Source: Selaginella moellendorffii (lineage: Eukaryota; Plantae; Lycopodiophyta). From it: 64,000 nucleotides of DNA. Positions within the stretch are counted from its first letter, which is position 1. Every line of letters starts with the position of its first letter. Under the pieces are notes generated by a model. It had not been told where the DNA came from, did not search any database, and saw only the letters and a program-made list of their open reading frames with translations. Positions 25,601-38,930 of the stretch are shown here, piece by piece. The DNA lies in the NCBI RefSeq assembly GCF_000143415.4, contig NW_003314283.1, forward strand, positions 129,804-193,803. Reading direction: 5' to 3'. A program made the position numbers and the translations under genes.

Positions 25601-28600
25601 CTTGACAACTATGAGGCAACTAAGCAAGAGATGCAAAATAATTGGTTAAACGGGTAGAAGGTAGCTACCCAAGCCTTCTTAATGGAATAGGGAAGTTGGA
25701 CGTACCCTTACGGGGGATAAGTTGCTTATGTTGCGATATAGTAAGTCAATGTCATAAAAGGAAATACTCATTGTCAAGGAAGCCATCATTGGGACACCCA
25801 AACACTCTAGAACACTAGGAGGTGGTGTTTGATGTCGCGAGGGTAATAAATAAGGCCCAAGGGACTAAGTCCCTAGCGAATGATGGATAGAAGGTGCTAT
25901 CCAAATGTCCAAAGGTGGTGGAGACAGGAGAAGACTGTCTACTCGAATTGGACAAAGCCAAAAATGAAATTTTGGCAAAGCTAGTGATGGGCATGTAAAG
26001 GCCCGTAAGCAACGACGTAATCTCGTTGTATGGGATTATAGGGTGAGCATACCTGGATTGAGGAACCACTCCCTAGGCTATCGGGTAGGTTCATCCTTAA
26101 GAATACTTGCTAAGGCATGATAGAAAGTGCAAAGCTATCCTCCTAGTCTGGAGGAGAATGACCGAAGGAAAGGTGTGAAGCCAAAAGCAAGAAGTAAAGG
26201 GATAGAACCGAACCATAAGAATCGAAGGGCATAACCAAGGTTGGTTACGCTAGCTGGGAGTGGAGAATCAAGTGGGGGCTCGAGGGTGTTGCCGCTAGCA
26301 ACCGTGATGCCATGGAGAGTCTAAAATATGGAATTGTCCATATTAGACTATATGGTAATTGGAAAGTTTGCAAAAAGGGAGGCCTTAGCAAGCTAAGGGA
26401 TAGAGTTCCTTCAAGGTTCCCAAAAATGATTCTAGGTAGCTTAGTACCTAGAAAGGCCAAGCGTAAATGGTTCGAGGAACGCGCGAAATCAGAGTGGCGC
26501 AGCAAAAGCGTGGTCTTGAAGCTTGCCATGAGGCAAGGCTATCAAAGTTAGGGAAGAAGTTCCCGAGTGTTCAAAGAGAGGGCTTTGAACGAAAGTCGAT
26601 GACCAAGGGCTTTCACGCTTGTGCAGGAACCATGTTACAGTGGTCGGAGGACTTGCTAAAGCGAGATTGGCAAGTCAGGGGAACAAATACCCTAGTTGAA
26701 GGTGATAACTTCAAAAGGGTGGGCCATGGGGCCAAGCATGGAGGAGTCCATGCATGATCACAGACTTGTCAAGTGAGAGGACTTGGCAGTGTGGAGGAAC
26801 TAAGTTCCTAAGCTGTGATCTATGGCACGCTTTGAGTATAAGTTGGTGCATCGGCGTGGGGAGTCACGCCAGGCATCCTGGGTGATGCCGTTCGTAGATG
26901 CATATACGGAGGTTGGGTTCGAGTCCTGACCCTCTAGTGCTTGGGTTCGAGTCCCAACTCACTAGGGCGTGGTGATGGTTTGGAATATGAGGACACTCAT
27001 TTTTCGGTGGTTATGGACTCTCAGTGTTGAGACTGGCTTGGGCACACCGCCAAGTGAGGGATGCCTCGGAGTCATGATGCACAGTTAGATTGCTTAGTGT
27101 GGCTCAGCATATCTAACTTGAACACTTTGGTGCAAGTGGCACCAAGGACGTGGTGAATGAGATGGGGACACCCAGTCTCAGTTGTTATGGACCCTTGGCC
27201 GGAAGGGCTGGCTTGGGCGCACCGCCAAGTGTGGGGGATGCCCCCAGGGTCGTAGTTAACAAGTTAAAGGTCTGGAAGACCTAGTACCTATTGGCAAACC
27301 TGTTAAGGTGCCGAGGTGAGATCACTAGGTGATCTTGTGGCTAAATAAGGACAAGGTCCTTGTTTGGGCTAAGGAATAAGGTTTCTAGTTCAAAATGTTG
27401 ATTTGAACTATTGATGATGGTGTGGCTTAGTCAAGGTGACAAAGTGGGAAAAGCACCTTAGGGGAATGAGCTATGTCATTGCGATGGCATAGTGTGTCCA
27501 AGGAAAGTAGTCTCTAAAGAGACCCATGGGAGGGTCACAAAGTTGGGCCGTGGATAGAGCCCACAGCAGAAGATGCTAAAGAGACTTACTAGGGGTGAAC
27601 ACCCTAGTTTTGGCAAAGCAGAGCCTTTGCTATGGAATCAAAAGAATACCTCAAGGAGGGGGGTAAAAATTCGGTGTTGCTTGGTGCAACAATCAACGGA
27701 TAGGAGCAAAAGATGAGTGGCCAAGATAGGGCCGTGGAATCCCTTGGAAGGAATCCAAGGGGCAAAGTTAGGCGAGGAACACTAATGTGTTGGACGCTAA
27801 TAAATTGCGGGAAAGGAAGTGTGTTTCCAAAGATGGATTCCGAATTGCTCCGATTTGGCGAAAGGGGAAGCTTCAAGAGAGGGAGTGGTAAGGTAGCCAA
27901 ATGATAGGGCCATGAATAGCCCTAGCACAAAGTATGATAACTAGAACTTAGTGCCCTAGGGTGGCACGAAATAGAAGAGAGGATGATAGTACCCTTGAGT
28001 AGAGAACTTCCTAGGATGGGAAGTGGAGTTGCACAAAAGGTGCAAGGCAAGGTGTTGGAGACACCTAGCAAATTGACTCCAAGAAGTCAAAATTCAAAGT
28101 TCCAAAGTGCAAAGGTTATATCAATGGGAATTGAGACCACTCGAGAATGAGTAGTGGGAATTGAGTTAAAGAAGATGTCTCTAACAGGTTTAGTGAGAAC
28201 TGAACCAATAAAAGGGAGCAAACCACCCCAGGTGGTTGAATAAGTCTCTATGTTGGAAAGACTATGCTCCTTAGAGGATGGGTAAGGCATAGTGAGCCTT
28301 TGGTGTCAAACCATTGACAAATATTGGCTAGGTGCCAAGGATGGAAATGGTAACACATGCGGGTGCTACTTTATAAAATAGTTTATCATTCGATGAGGAC
28401 ATCGAACTTCGTCTATGGGTGGTGGAGTTGTGAGACACAAAATCCCTAGGCCCCCAAAGTGGAGCTGGAAAGGGTGCCACGTGGTAGTGGCCGAAGCGAA
28501 AGCCAAACGAGCATAACACGTTTGGACTAAAAGCTCCGACTTGGAAGGTCGAGAGCGGGAGTGGAACTCCCAACCAAGTGCTCGAGGAGCAAGCGCGAGG

Positions 28601-30098
28601 CAACCAATAAACAAGGCTCAAAAAAGGGACCCAAAAAGGACCAACACATGACACGTGGAAGTGTCCGAGATGGAGTCCGAGGTGGACCCGAGTTGGAGTC
28701 CAAGATGGACCCGAAGTGGAGTCCGAGATGGACGCAAAGTGGAGTCCGAGATGGAGTCCGATATGGAGTCCGAGATGGACCCGAAGTGGAGTCCGATATG
28801 GAGTTCGATATGGAGTCCGAGATGGACCCGAAGTGGAGTCCGATATGGAGTCCGAAGTGGAGTTCGAGATGGAGTCCGATATGGAGTCCGAAGTGGAGTC
28901 CAAGATGGATCCCAATATGGAGTCTGAAGTGGAGTCCGAGATGGACCTGAGATGGAGTCCGAGATGGACCCGAGATGGACCCGAAGTGGATACCGATATG
29001 GAGTCCAAGATGGAGTTCGAGATGGAGTCCGAGTCCGAATCCAGGACTGAGACCGAGTCCGAGTCCGAGTCCGAATACTAATACAGGCAGTTGGGTGAAA
29101 GCCCAAAGCGATCGTCCCCCAGGGGGGGGGGGGCTGTGGGGGGTTCCAAAAGTATAGTAGGGAGAGTGTGGGGGTTGGAGCCCAGTGGAGCCAGTTTGGC
29201 CAGGAAAGGCCAGTTTGGCCTAGGAAGGCCAGACCCAGTGTTGGGTGATGAGCTGACCACTGGGAAGTCCAAGACTAGAGTGAATACGGACCGACAAGCG
29301 AGGTAGCTTGGTGAAGTGTTCAAGAGCCGGCTCTAGTTCCCCCGGGAGATCGACTGGCCGATGCTCCCAGTCCAAGTGTGGGTGGCACTACTTACTTGGA
29401 TACCAGGCGTGGCTCAACGGAACCTCGCTCTAAGCCCATGGCTAGAGCACCCAAGGGCGGAAGGCGGGGAGAGTACCCAGGTGGCTCGCGTAAGGCCACG
29501 GTGTTCCGAAATGTTGTCCCAAAGGCCCAAACTGTGGAAAGGAAGAGGAGCAGTCCTCTAGGGTAGTGACCAAGGACACAATCGTGTGGTGAGGAAGTCC
29601 CAGAGGACCGTGGGACTTAGTGGTCGGGCCTGTGGGCCTCGATCCAGTGGCAGTGTTGGCAAACACGGCCAAGGGCAGAAAGGGACTTAGTGGGGACTGA
29701 CGGAGGGATATTGAGGAAGGCTATTCCCCATGTCGGTGGGCATCCTAAGGATGCTAAGGAGTGGATCCGAGATGACCACTCATGGATGGTTTGTCTAGTC
29801 TTGGAGAGCCAAGACTGTGATACAAGTGGTATTGGACTACCAGTGTGGCAAAGGTGATTGGGCATGGCCTTAGCGTAATAGGCTGCCATGTCGGTGGTAC
29901 TTTTGAGTGTCGGTCATGGGATCGGACACATGGAGCACTTGGACCAAGTGCAAATGTTGAGTGGCATGGATGCCATTCTCGAGGCTAGCAAATCCGAAGT
30001 CCTGAAATGGACTTATGGAGGTTGTGATTGAGACTCCTCTAAGTGGTCGGAGGTGTGGTTAAGTGACTAAAGTAGAATGGAAAATTTAGTCGCTTACA
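22687..30098 (+). mobile_element. Complete non-autonomous LTR retroelement, family A copy 2 (LARD-like, recent)
   Basis: LTRs at 22687-24378 and 28429-30098, near-identical outside the minisatellite. TSD ACTAT at 22682-22686 and 30099-30103. PBS TGGTATCGGAGT at 24382 and PPT TGGGTGGTGGAGT at 28416-28428. Interior is colinear with copy 1 and has no gag/pol. Confidence 0.93.
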
Positions 30099-30103
30099 AC
30101 TAT

Positions 30104-30750
30104 CTACACTATAAAATAATTATAACAAATAAGGTATTAGAAGTGAAGAGTTTGATTTAGGGATGACTTGAAAGAAAAAAATGTGTAAGCTCTCTTGCTA
30201 GCCTCCAACATTACATAATAATCACACTTCACATTCCCATTCTTCCCTTGGCACTACTGATGTTGAATCATCCCCTTGTTCTAACCTCTTCATTAAAATA
30301 GATCTCCCAATATATCATATCTTAGATGCAGATAATAAAGTTGATGATAAGGAGTTTCCTCAAGTGGAAGACTACATACTCAATTCATAGAAGAACTCAC
30401 TTTTGATTTAGTGGGAACTAATGAACACATTAAGAGTTTAATTCTAAGATGCCCAATATGCCTTTTTGTCTTGGGGCAAGAATTCATTTCTATAGGCTTG
30501 TATATTTTTCTTGAGTATTACCACAACTGCTACATAGACAATATTATCACTTCATATATAATTGTTTACAAGATATTAAAGGACAAGATGGAAACATACA
30601 AGTACTACAAACTAATGATTGCATGTATGAATACCAATCTACAATTATGATATCTAACACTAATATTGACACTATTATTGACATTTTAATATATGATAAG
30701 AAAGATCCATTTAACTTTCTTCTACCTCATCATCAATATATCAATTCTTT
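30104..30750 (+). pseudogene. Highly decayed gypsy RT remnant
   Basis: Scattered motifs IKIDL, KWKT, MPFCL and YIDNII, resembling SKIDL / MPFGL / YIDDI. Confidence 0.45.
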
Positions 30751-30753
30751 CTA

Positions 30754-31309
30754 CACCTCCTTCTATATTAGTGTAGCGCACGTGGTTTTGACCTTTTATC
30801 CTATGGTGATTTACCATAACATAACACCACGAAGTGGAACCTAAACCCTCTTTGTGCCACATGACAGATGCCACATATCAGATGCCATGTGTCCAAAGGA
30901 ATATGGTGTGGAACCCGAGGTTCAGGGCCTTGGGCCACTGAACGAAGGAACGGTGCCAAACTCCCAAGCATGGAGCCAAAGAGTGATGAAACTGAACCAC
31001 GGAGCAACTCCCGAGCATAAAGCCCAAGGAGCACCTCCTTCTATATTAGTGTAGCGCACGTGGTTTTGACCTTTTATCCTATGGTGATTTACCATAACAT
31101 AACACCACGAAGTGGAACCTAAACCCTCTTTGTGCCACATGACAGATGCCACATATCAGATGCCATGTGTCCAAAGGAATATGGTGTGGAACCCGAGGTT
31201 CAGGGCCTTGGGCCACTGAACGAAGGAACGGTGCCAAACTCCCAAGCATGGAGCCAAAGAGTGATGAAATTGAACCCCGGAGCAACTCCCGAGCATAAAG
31301 CCCAAGGAG
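30754..31309. repeat. 278-bp tandem duplication spanning the flank/LTR-B junction
   Basis: CACCTCCTTCTATATTAGTGTAGCGCACG starts at both 30754 and 31032. The units are near-identical. Confidence 0.9.
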
Positions 31310-32440
31310 CAAAGGGACAAAAGCCCGGAGTGACTTAGAACAGTCCTGGAGCAACCAGCATCCCAATGCCGGGACCAACCCGCAAAAGGAAGCCAAACGG
31401 AGTTTAGCCCTATTTCGGCATACTGGTGCCTTAACGGGAGGACATGGGTACTCCCCCAATTAACATGGAATGAAACTTGGGTTTAGACTCAAGCCGGGCG
31501 CAAAACAAGAACAGATATCCAAGTGGGAACTAGCCCATCCCTTAGGTTGATCAGCCATGCCTGACCTACCCACTATCCCTACTATACATTGGGACCCCCC
31601 CCCCCCCCCCCTTGAGGAACACGCTTTGGGCTTTCACCCCAAGCCTCCTTTAATATCAGGAGTTAGTCTCTGGGACAAGCTTAAAACTTACTAAATATGG
31701 AATGGTGCTAGATTGCGAATTTGGACATAGGACGAACACTATTGTGTTCAAGCCAATCTCTACATTCCATAGATATGCCAAATGAGCAAATCTAGACACT
31801 TTCCATAATTAACATTTGGGACCAAAATGAGACTAACACAAAGGGCATGATAGAGAGGGTGTTTGCCAAACACGGTAAGCTATCATCCAGCGATATTAAG
31901 GGACTAATCTCAATACACAAGGGTTTTTGTCACTAACCAGTGCAAGACATAACGAGACGGGAACTCCTTACTAGGCTAAGTATGCTTAGCTAATAACACG
32001 TAGGAATTTCGTCCTTATGCTCGTCCGGTCTAAATACACTCGAAATGCCCAGTTAACTCCACTAACACAAGAGGGACTAATAAAAAGTCCAGCAATACCG
32101 ACCTCCTGCCATCGTGGCAGTAAAGTAATGTCCGTAAGGATTGATCGACAGATAACTTTTGATACCTAAAGTCACATTTGCGACACTTTCCCCCCCTAGG
32201 GAAGATCGACATCCTCGTCGATGCATACTTGAGTCTAGAATACCGCCAAGGAAACAACTCCAGAAAAAAGTTCATAGTATTCACACTATGTGAGAAATGC
32301 ACGAACTTAAATGAGTTAGGAGGCAACCTCTGTGTCTAATGCGGATGCGTTACCAGCTTAGACACCTTCCGGCCGTCGCCGACAAGGAAATGACTAACGG
32401 AGTCAGCCACCCTTGCTACTCTAGGAGTCACCCAGCTTAC
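31050..32440 (-). mobile_element. Family-B LTR (31050-32185) with adjacent PPT and truncated interior
   Basis: TGTAGCG...TTGCGACA, followed by CTTTCCCCCCCT (a PPT on the minus strand). Homologous to the solo LTR at 16975. Confidence 0.8.
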
Positions 32441-32539
32441 AAAAGTGTGATATGCCCCTGCCCGCAAGAACATAGAAAGAGAAGCCAAAGGCCCCAACCC
32501 TCATGAGCAAAGAAACCAAACCCGTTGATGAATGAAGAT

Positions 32540-32850
32540 AAATATAATTGATAGAGTGAAGATGAGCACAACAAATTTAAATAAAATAAATGCTTCAAAA
32601 CTTTTTTTCCTTTGAGAAGGGAATAAAGAGGATATGGAAAATGAATGAAATGAGTCTGACCTCCCATATGTAGTGCTAAACAAAGATGAAAGTTATGAGT
32701 TTAAGTCAACATGAGTCTTGAAGTGAAGATGAAAAGGCAAGTTCTACTGATAGTAGTGAGTCTAAGTTAACAGTGGTCTTGAAAGATAGCCGGTGAGCAG
32801 ACTTACAAATAGGATGTATTATTTACTGTAATAATTGTGAATTGAAGTGG
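32540..32850 (+). repeat. Dispersed direct repeat, second copy at ~63670-64000
   Basis: Shared blocks CCCATATGTA, TCTAAGTTAA.AGTGGTCTTGAA.GAT.GCCGGTGAGCA.ACTTA and GTGAATTGAAGT. Confidence 0.8.
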
Positions 32851-33138
32851 CTCTCAATATCCTTTACTTTAGTTCAAAGTTATGGCTTCAAAGTTGGTTT
32901 AACCATATAGCAATTGCACACATAGTTATAGCTAATTCATCAGAATTTTGTAATCAATTGATATTTATGTTATAGCTTTGGATTTTATTTTAATCATGAT
33001 TGTCAACAACTATGTTAGTGGGTCTATAGGAGGTTGAAGTTTTTGTAACAATCTATAATTGCATAATAGAAAATCTAGATGTTCCACCTAACTTATCGTC
33101 ATTAGCTTTTCATCTTCTAGAGGGGATGGTATAAGGTT

Positions 33139-33396
33139 TATAGATATATATACATATATATACATATACATACATACATATATACATACACATACACATA
33201 TATATATACATACACATATATATATATACATACATATATACAATACATATACATATATACATATACATATACATATACATACATATATACATATACATAT
33301 ACATATACACATATACATACATATATACATATATATACATATATATATATACATATATATATATAAATATATACATATATATATATACATATATAC

Positions 33397-33457
<61 letters not shown>

Positions 33458-33514
33458 CATATATACATATATATATATACATATATACATATATGTATAT
33501 ATATACATATATAC

Positions 33515-33545
<31 letters not shown>

Positions 33546-33686
33546 GATACATACATACATATATATATATACATATATATATATAGATACATACATACAT
33601 ATATATATATACATATATATATAGAGAGACATACATACATACATACATACATACATACATACATACATACACATATATACATACAC

Positions 33687-33717
<31 letters not shown>

Positions 33718-33822
33718 CACATATATATATATATACACATATATATATATATACACATATATATATATATACACATATATATATATATACACATATATAT
33801 ATACACATATATATATATAGAC

Positions 33823-33893
<71 letters not shown>

Positions 33894-33924
33894 GACATAT
33901 ATATATATATACATATATATATAC

Positions 33925-33983
<59 letters not shown>

Positions 33984-33999
33984 CATACATACATACATA
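33139..33999. repeat. ~860-bp compound (TA)n/(TACA)n microsatellite
   Basis: Directly visible. It produces the spurious Y/I/M/C-rich ORFs in the track. Confidence 0.98.
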
Positions 34000-35133
34000 T
34001 ATTTATATATTTATTTATTTTGCCTAAATATTACCTTATTTAGGCAAAATGCTAATTATAACAGTATAGTATACAGATTGTTTATTTGGGACTGAATTTA
34101 GTTCATCAATTCTTGTATTTAAGTAGGGGTTTAAACCCCAATTAATATATTTATTCCCATATCATGAGCACTCATACTATTATGTTATTAATAATATAGA
34201 ATTTAATAGTATATTTATTTTACTATTACTATGACTAAATTTGGAAGCCATAAGTAAGCATGCCTTTAATTTTTTATAAAGGTATATTTTCACAGTGATA
34301 ATTCATTTTTAGTGTCATAAATTTTTATTATTATAACATCTATATATAAGATTTAAATATCTTATATTTATCATATATAGCTTCTTTTTTGTGCCACTAA
34401 ATCCTAAAGAAGGAATTTATGTCATAAATTTAGCTGTTTGGCTCATAGATAGAAATAAGTCTCTACTATAAGGAAGCTCTATTTTGTTAAAGTGGGATTT
34501 ATTCAGTAAAATGGGACTAAGTACAAATTTTCAAGTATTTGAAAATGACGTGAAATTATATGTTTTTTGTCCAGGGGCTAGACATATCTGGGGCATGGTG
34601 ACTAGCGCGGTGACTTTGTGTCCAGACTGAGTCCATCTGGTTGTATAATAAATCTCATTGTCAAGGTGAACAAGCCGAATCTGAAGTTAAAGAAGAGCGA
34701 TGGCATGCACGCACACACTATTTGTTTGTTCATTGAGCATGTGGTGAGCTTTCCAAGATGAACGTCATTCCTATTAGCCAGACATATAACTTAATGGTGA
34801 GAACATTTAGATATTATTCAATGTTATCTTTTTCTAACGAATCTAATTGTGAAGGTGTAGCAAGAGGCATTGCTAGTCTGGAGAAGTTATTTAACTCATT
34901 TGACCCTTAGTGTATTTTCATGAAACTAAATAACATTCATATTATTAAGGAATTTCTCTAGTACCTTTTTTTTACGACATAGAGGCTTGCATTTCTTTCA
35001 AAGGTGATTTAGTAAAAGGCCTGAGGGCACATGCCATTCTATTTCTCAGACCGGTATTAAGATATACTAGTGCAAAGGGAAAAAGGTATTTGGTGATCAA
35101 GTAAATGGCATGAGGGCACACGCCATTATAAGC

Positions 35134-35391
35134 CTAAGCGCTAGTGGACACCTCCTTTTTGGTACTCTCAGCGGTACTATCATCCTTCTCCGGGTCAGTT
35201 GTTTTGCTTTGGATTGTTGTCTCTGACGTTACAGGGGCGTTCTCGATAGTTGTTAATGTTGCCGTTTGTTCAGAAAAATGATCACCTGGAGTATAGTACG
35301 GGGAGTTTGGAAGACTTATATATTCTACATCTTCACCTATCTCCTTCTCCGTCTCCTTTTCTACCTCACTTACAGATTTTGTGCTTGCCAT
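35134..35391 (-). CDS. Possible exon of a third, acidic/Thr-rich transposon gene of unknown function
   Basis: Open frame MASTKSVSEVEKETEKEIGEDVEY... with a disordered-protein composition, inside the TIRs and flanked by palindrome copies. No recognisable domain. Confidence 0.3.
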   Translation of the reverse strand: MASTKSVSEVEKETEKEIGEDVEYISLPNSPYYTPGDHFSEQTATLTTIENAPVTSETTIQSKTTDPEKDDSTAESTKKEVSTSA

Positions 35392-36104
35392 GAGAACGCT
35401 CTTCACCCTAAAATATGGAGTTCGTTGTGTTATACAAGGAAACCAACACACACGCTGCAAGGGAATGATGGTACATAAAGCACGTAAGCCCACAATATGG
35501 GTTTATGTGCCATTAATATGGGCCACACGCCATATTATTAGATTTATGCACGTGTGATTGGTAAATGCATATGTCACATCATCTTTGTTTTACCTCACAC
35601 ATTATATCAGGCCTAATGAACCATATCACATGTGCGCACATGCTATATATATGGAGAAATATTATGCAAGGATAGAAAAATTCAATGCATGATTGTGGAG
35701 AGCAATGGCATGAAGCCACATGCTAAATAACATTTTAGAGAAAGAATTAAAATAAAAACATGCAAACAGTACTGAGTGGACCAAGACTTAGAAGTGCACA
35801 ATTGAATGAGGTATTTCTAATAAATATTTCACTCACCTCATATAGGAATGGCTACCACTCTCAAATGGTGTATCGTCTCATGCCATCACCTCGCAATTTG
35901 TTATAACAATCCGATGAATTCATATTCGGCTTGTTCACCTTGAACTTTAAGTAAGATTTGCTAGAACAACTAAGAATTTATACTTGTTATTTGTATCATC
36001 TCACCTAGGAATGGCGTAAGGCCACATGCCATCACGCCTCCTCTGATTCAGATTCGGATTGTTCACCTTGAAATAAAATACATTAGAAACTTAGTAAAGG
36101 AATA

Positions 36105-38930
36105 TTAATGAATCTCACCTTGAACCCGGGTTATGAATGCTCTTGCTGCATCTCTTGCATGGTCTGGCAAGGTGATGGTGGCACTCTGCTTCCACATCCA
36201 ACCATGCACAACATTATCCACCGATATGCTCATGCTGGGATCCCTTGGATTCAGCACCCATCTCTTTTCTAGGCAATCCTTCGTATATCTGGAACTTGGC
36301 TTGAACCACTCCACAGTTACATTGAAGGAGTTAGTTTCCGCATCCTCTTCTGCATCAGTGATGCAGCGCCCCACCCATATCATTTGTTTTTTATTACTGG
36401 GTCTGACAAGCACGACCATTCCTTTGCAGACCTGTACTAGATTGAATGCTGAATCCGGCTTCTTGTTCCTCGGCCCACAATAGTGATCCTCAACATCGTT
36501 ATCTGTCACTGCATTTCCAGAGGACATTGTTCCGCTACTATCTGGTGCTCTGGGTTCTGGCCAAAAGGACTCTTCCAATTCTTCATATACAACCGGCCCA
36601 TTTTGGATAGTAGATATAATCTTCTCCCAGTATTCGAGCAAAGGCTTGCACCTCTGAAAATAGGATTCTCCACCAAACACCAACCCCCTCTTCCAGAAGG
36701 CAATATACTGTCTAATCCCGGCCACTATACTTTCCTGGTCTTTGAGTCCATCCGGGTGCATCGGCCGTGGGGAACCCTGAGGAATCATAGGTTCCCCAGT
36801 TATGGGATCTCTTTTGAAGAGTTCAATGCCGTCCACTGGCAGCCACACTGTGTCCCATTCTCTCATCGTGTACCTCATCACTGGAGCACCGTCACGCATG
36901 CTGAAATGAAACTGAAGAGGCTTGGAGTGGCCAATCAGCGTTTCGGATCCGTCCCTGATGTAGCCTCTTACAAACCCCTTAAAGTCTGGAACCTCTGTCA
37001 CAAGTGCAGCTTCAACAGTGCCTTTGATGCAATTTTGGAATTCATCGTAGAGTTGTGGGAGGGTGAGGACATTGGATCGCCGGAGGGACTCTGCCAGGTG
37101 ACTGAACATGGCATCGACGTCTTCATGAGTGTGCCCAACCATGAGAAAGCCAAGTGTAACCGTTTCAAATATGCCTTTGGCAACAAGCATCGCCAAGTAC
37201 GTGAAGATGTACATGTTTTTGTTCTCACTGCCAGCATTGTCTGTTTGGAGCAGAAGATGGGGTGGAAGGCCACATCGGCCGCAAGAGCTTCCTTGAGATT
37301 CTGCTTCGTTTGGATGAGGCTATGCATTCACCGGGCGACCAGCCTCGTCGGAATGGCATGAGGCCTCACGTGATAACCCTACAATCTGACGGCCAACATA
37401 TTCATTGGGATGGCATGGGGCCCCACGCGATACTGCAAGCCTTTGCTCCTCCTCCAGTTGAACCCTGTATGGGGTTCGATCGACAAGGACCTTATGCAAG
37501 GGTTGGCCGTTCAGCTCAGTCTACGCACTTTGCAGAGACCTTAAGTGTTTTGCTAGGGACGCAATCATCATGTTTGCACCCCCGCCACCCCATAGAGGTA
37601 CAAAGAAGTTCCCATAGTTCTGGGCACCATGCCCATGAGCGATTATGCCAAACAGAGACACAGGCAGCTGCATGGATGAAGAGATTGCCTTGGGGGCAGG
37701 ATTGAGTCGAGGTAAGCACGTCTTTTTCTGGTCCATTTTGTCGTGGATGATGCGGAGGTAAGAGTCAGGTCTCTCCATGGAGAGAATCCTATTATGATAA
37801 TATGCAGTCCTGCAGCTTCTCTGCTCGATGTTGTGGTTGAGCCGCCTTCTAACCAACGTCTCTCGCTCTTGAGCGATGCAAGAATTCTTCGACAAAGCCA
37901 TTTTGATAGCAGTGCACTCGTCACACTTTGAAAAGCTGGAGTACTTTCTTATACTCACATCCCTGAACCTGTTGCTCCACAATCTACTAAATCTAGATTG
38001 GCTCAGCTTCCTGTAGCCATTACTCTGGAGTTCCCGATTCACATCTTCCAATATGGCCCCCTTGGTATACATGGAAGGGAGAACTCGTTGGGTGTCTCGA
38101 GTTCCATCTTCCAAGAGGCGGGTTTTATGTGGTTGCTGCTCGCTACATGTCTCGACAAACCTCTTGAAGATTGCCTCTCTATATACAACATGACCCCTGG
38201 TTTTGTGAGTACCATCATTCCCATGGACTGCCTGTTGAACCCTTTGTTCCTCGAACTCAGTTTTGATTTTGTAGAATGTGGTTCGAGGGACTCCATAAAT
38301 GATTCTCCATGCCTTCATGCAGACCAAACCCCTCTGGAAGACCATGCCCCCCACCTGATGTTCTGAAGCATCAACAGATGACCATAATGCCTCATACACA
38401 AAATTGCAAGCTGCCTTCCAGGACAATGTCTTGTATCTTGCTCTCTCCTCTTCAATAGCATCCCAATCAGCATGTTGACAGCACCTCCTCTTGCAACAAG
38501 CAACTGTCGAGACCATTCGAACCTCCATCGCCATTTTCTGCCTTTTCGGTTCGTTGCTCAGATCCCTTTGGCTGCGCTTTAGGAAGGTGTACTTTCTTTT
38601 CCTATGAAGAAATGTTCTGTCATCAGTTGTAGTGGTGTTTGATTGTGAATCCTTCACATTCTCAAACACTAAGTGCCTCAATTTCCACCACACAATGCTT
38701 CCAATAGTCAGACTGTTTTCTTCTGTGTCAAAAACCTCTAAAATCGCAACTCCAATATCATCCTAGCCCAATTCTTGATTAGCAACCGCATCTCTTGGAT
38801 CGACAACTGTGGCTAAGCCCTCAGCTACCACCTCCCCCTCGGGGTTGTTTAGAAACACCTTTGCCTGAATCCATGTAGCACGGTTCTTAAGATCCACTGA
38901 GGGAACATGCGTCGCACTTGCGGAGGCCAT
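36105..38930 (-). pseudogene. Sola-like (DUF7869-type) DDE transposase, 942 codons with 3 in-frame TAG stops
   Basis: One frame from ATG 38930 (preceded by a polypyrimidine-CAG acceptor) to 36105. Motifs CCKRRC, VCMKAW..YGV, FSKCDEC, IIHDKMDQ, LLLQTDNAGSENKN and FLMVGHTHEDVDAMFS. TAG at 38763, 37521 and 37320. The superfamily call rests on motifs plus the 4-bp TSD and is not search-confirmed. Confidence 0.8.

Noticed and set aside
33088-33998. Three ~290-aa Y/I/M/C-rich ORFs
   Set aside because: Microsatellite artefacts.
36483-37361. 292-aa plus-strand ORF and other antisense ORFs over the transposase and cargo gene
   Set aside because: They are shadows of the motif-bearing frames on the opposite strand and have no domain features.
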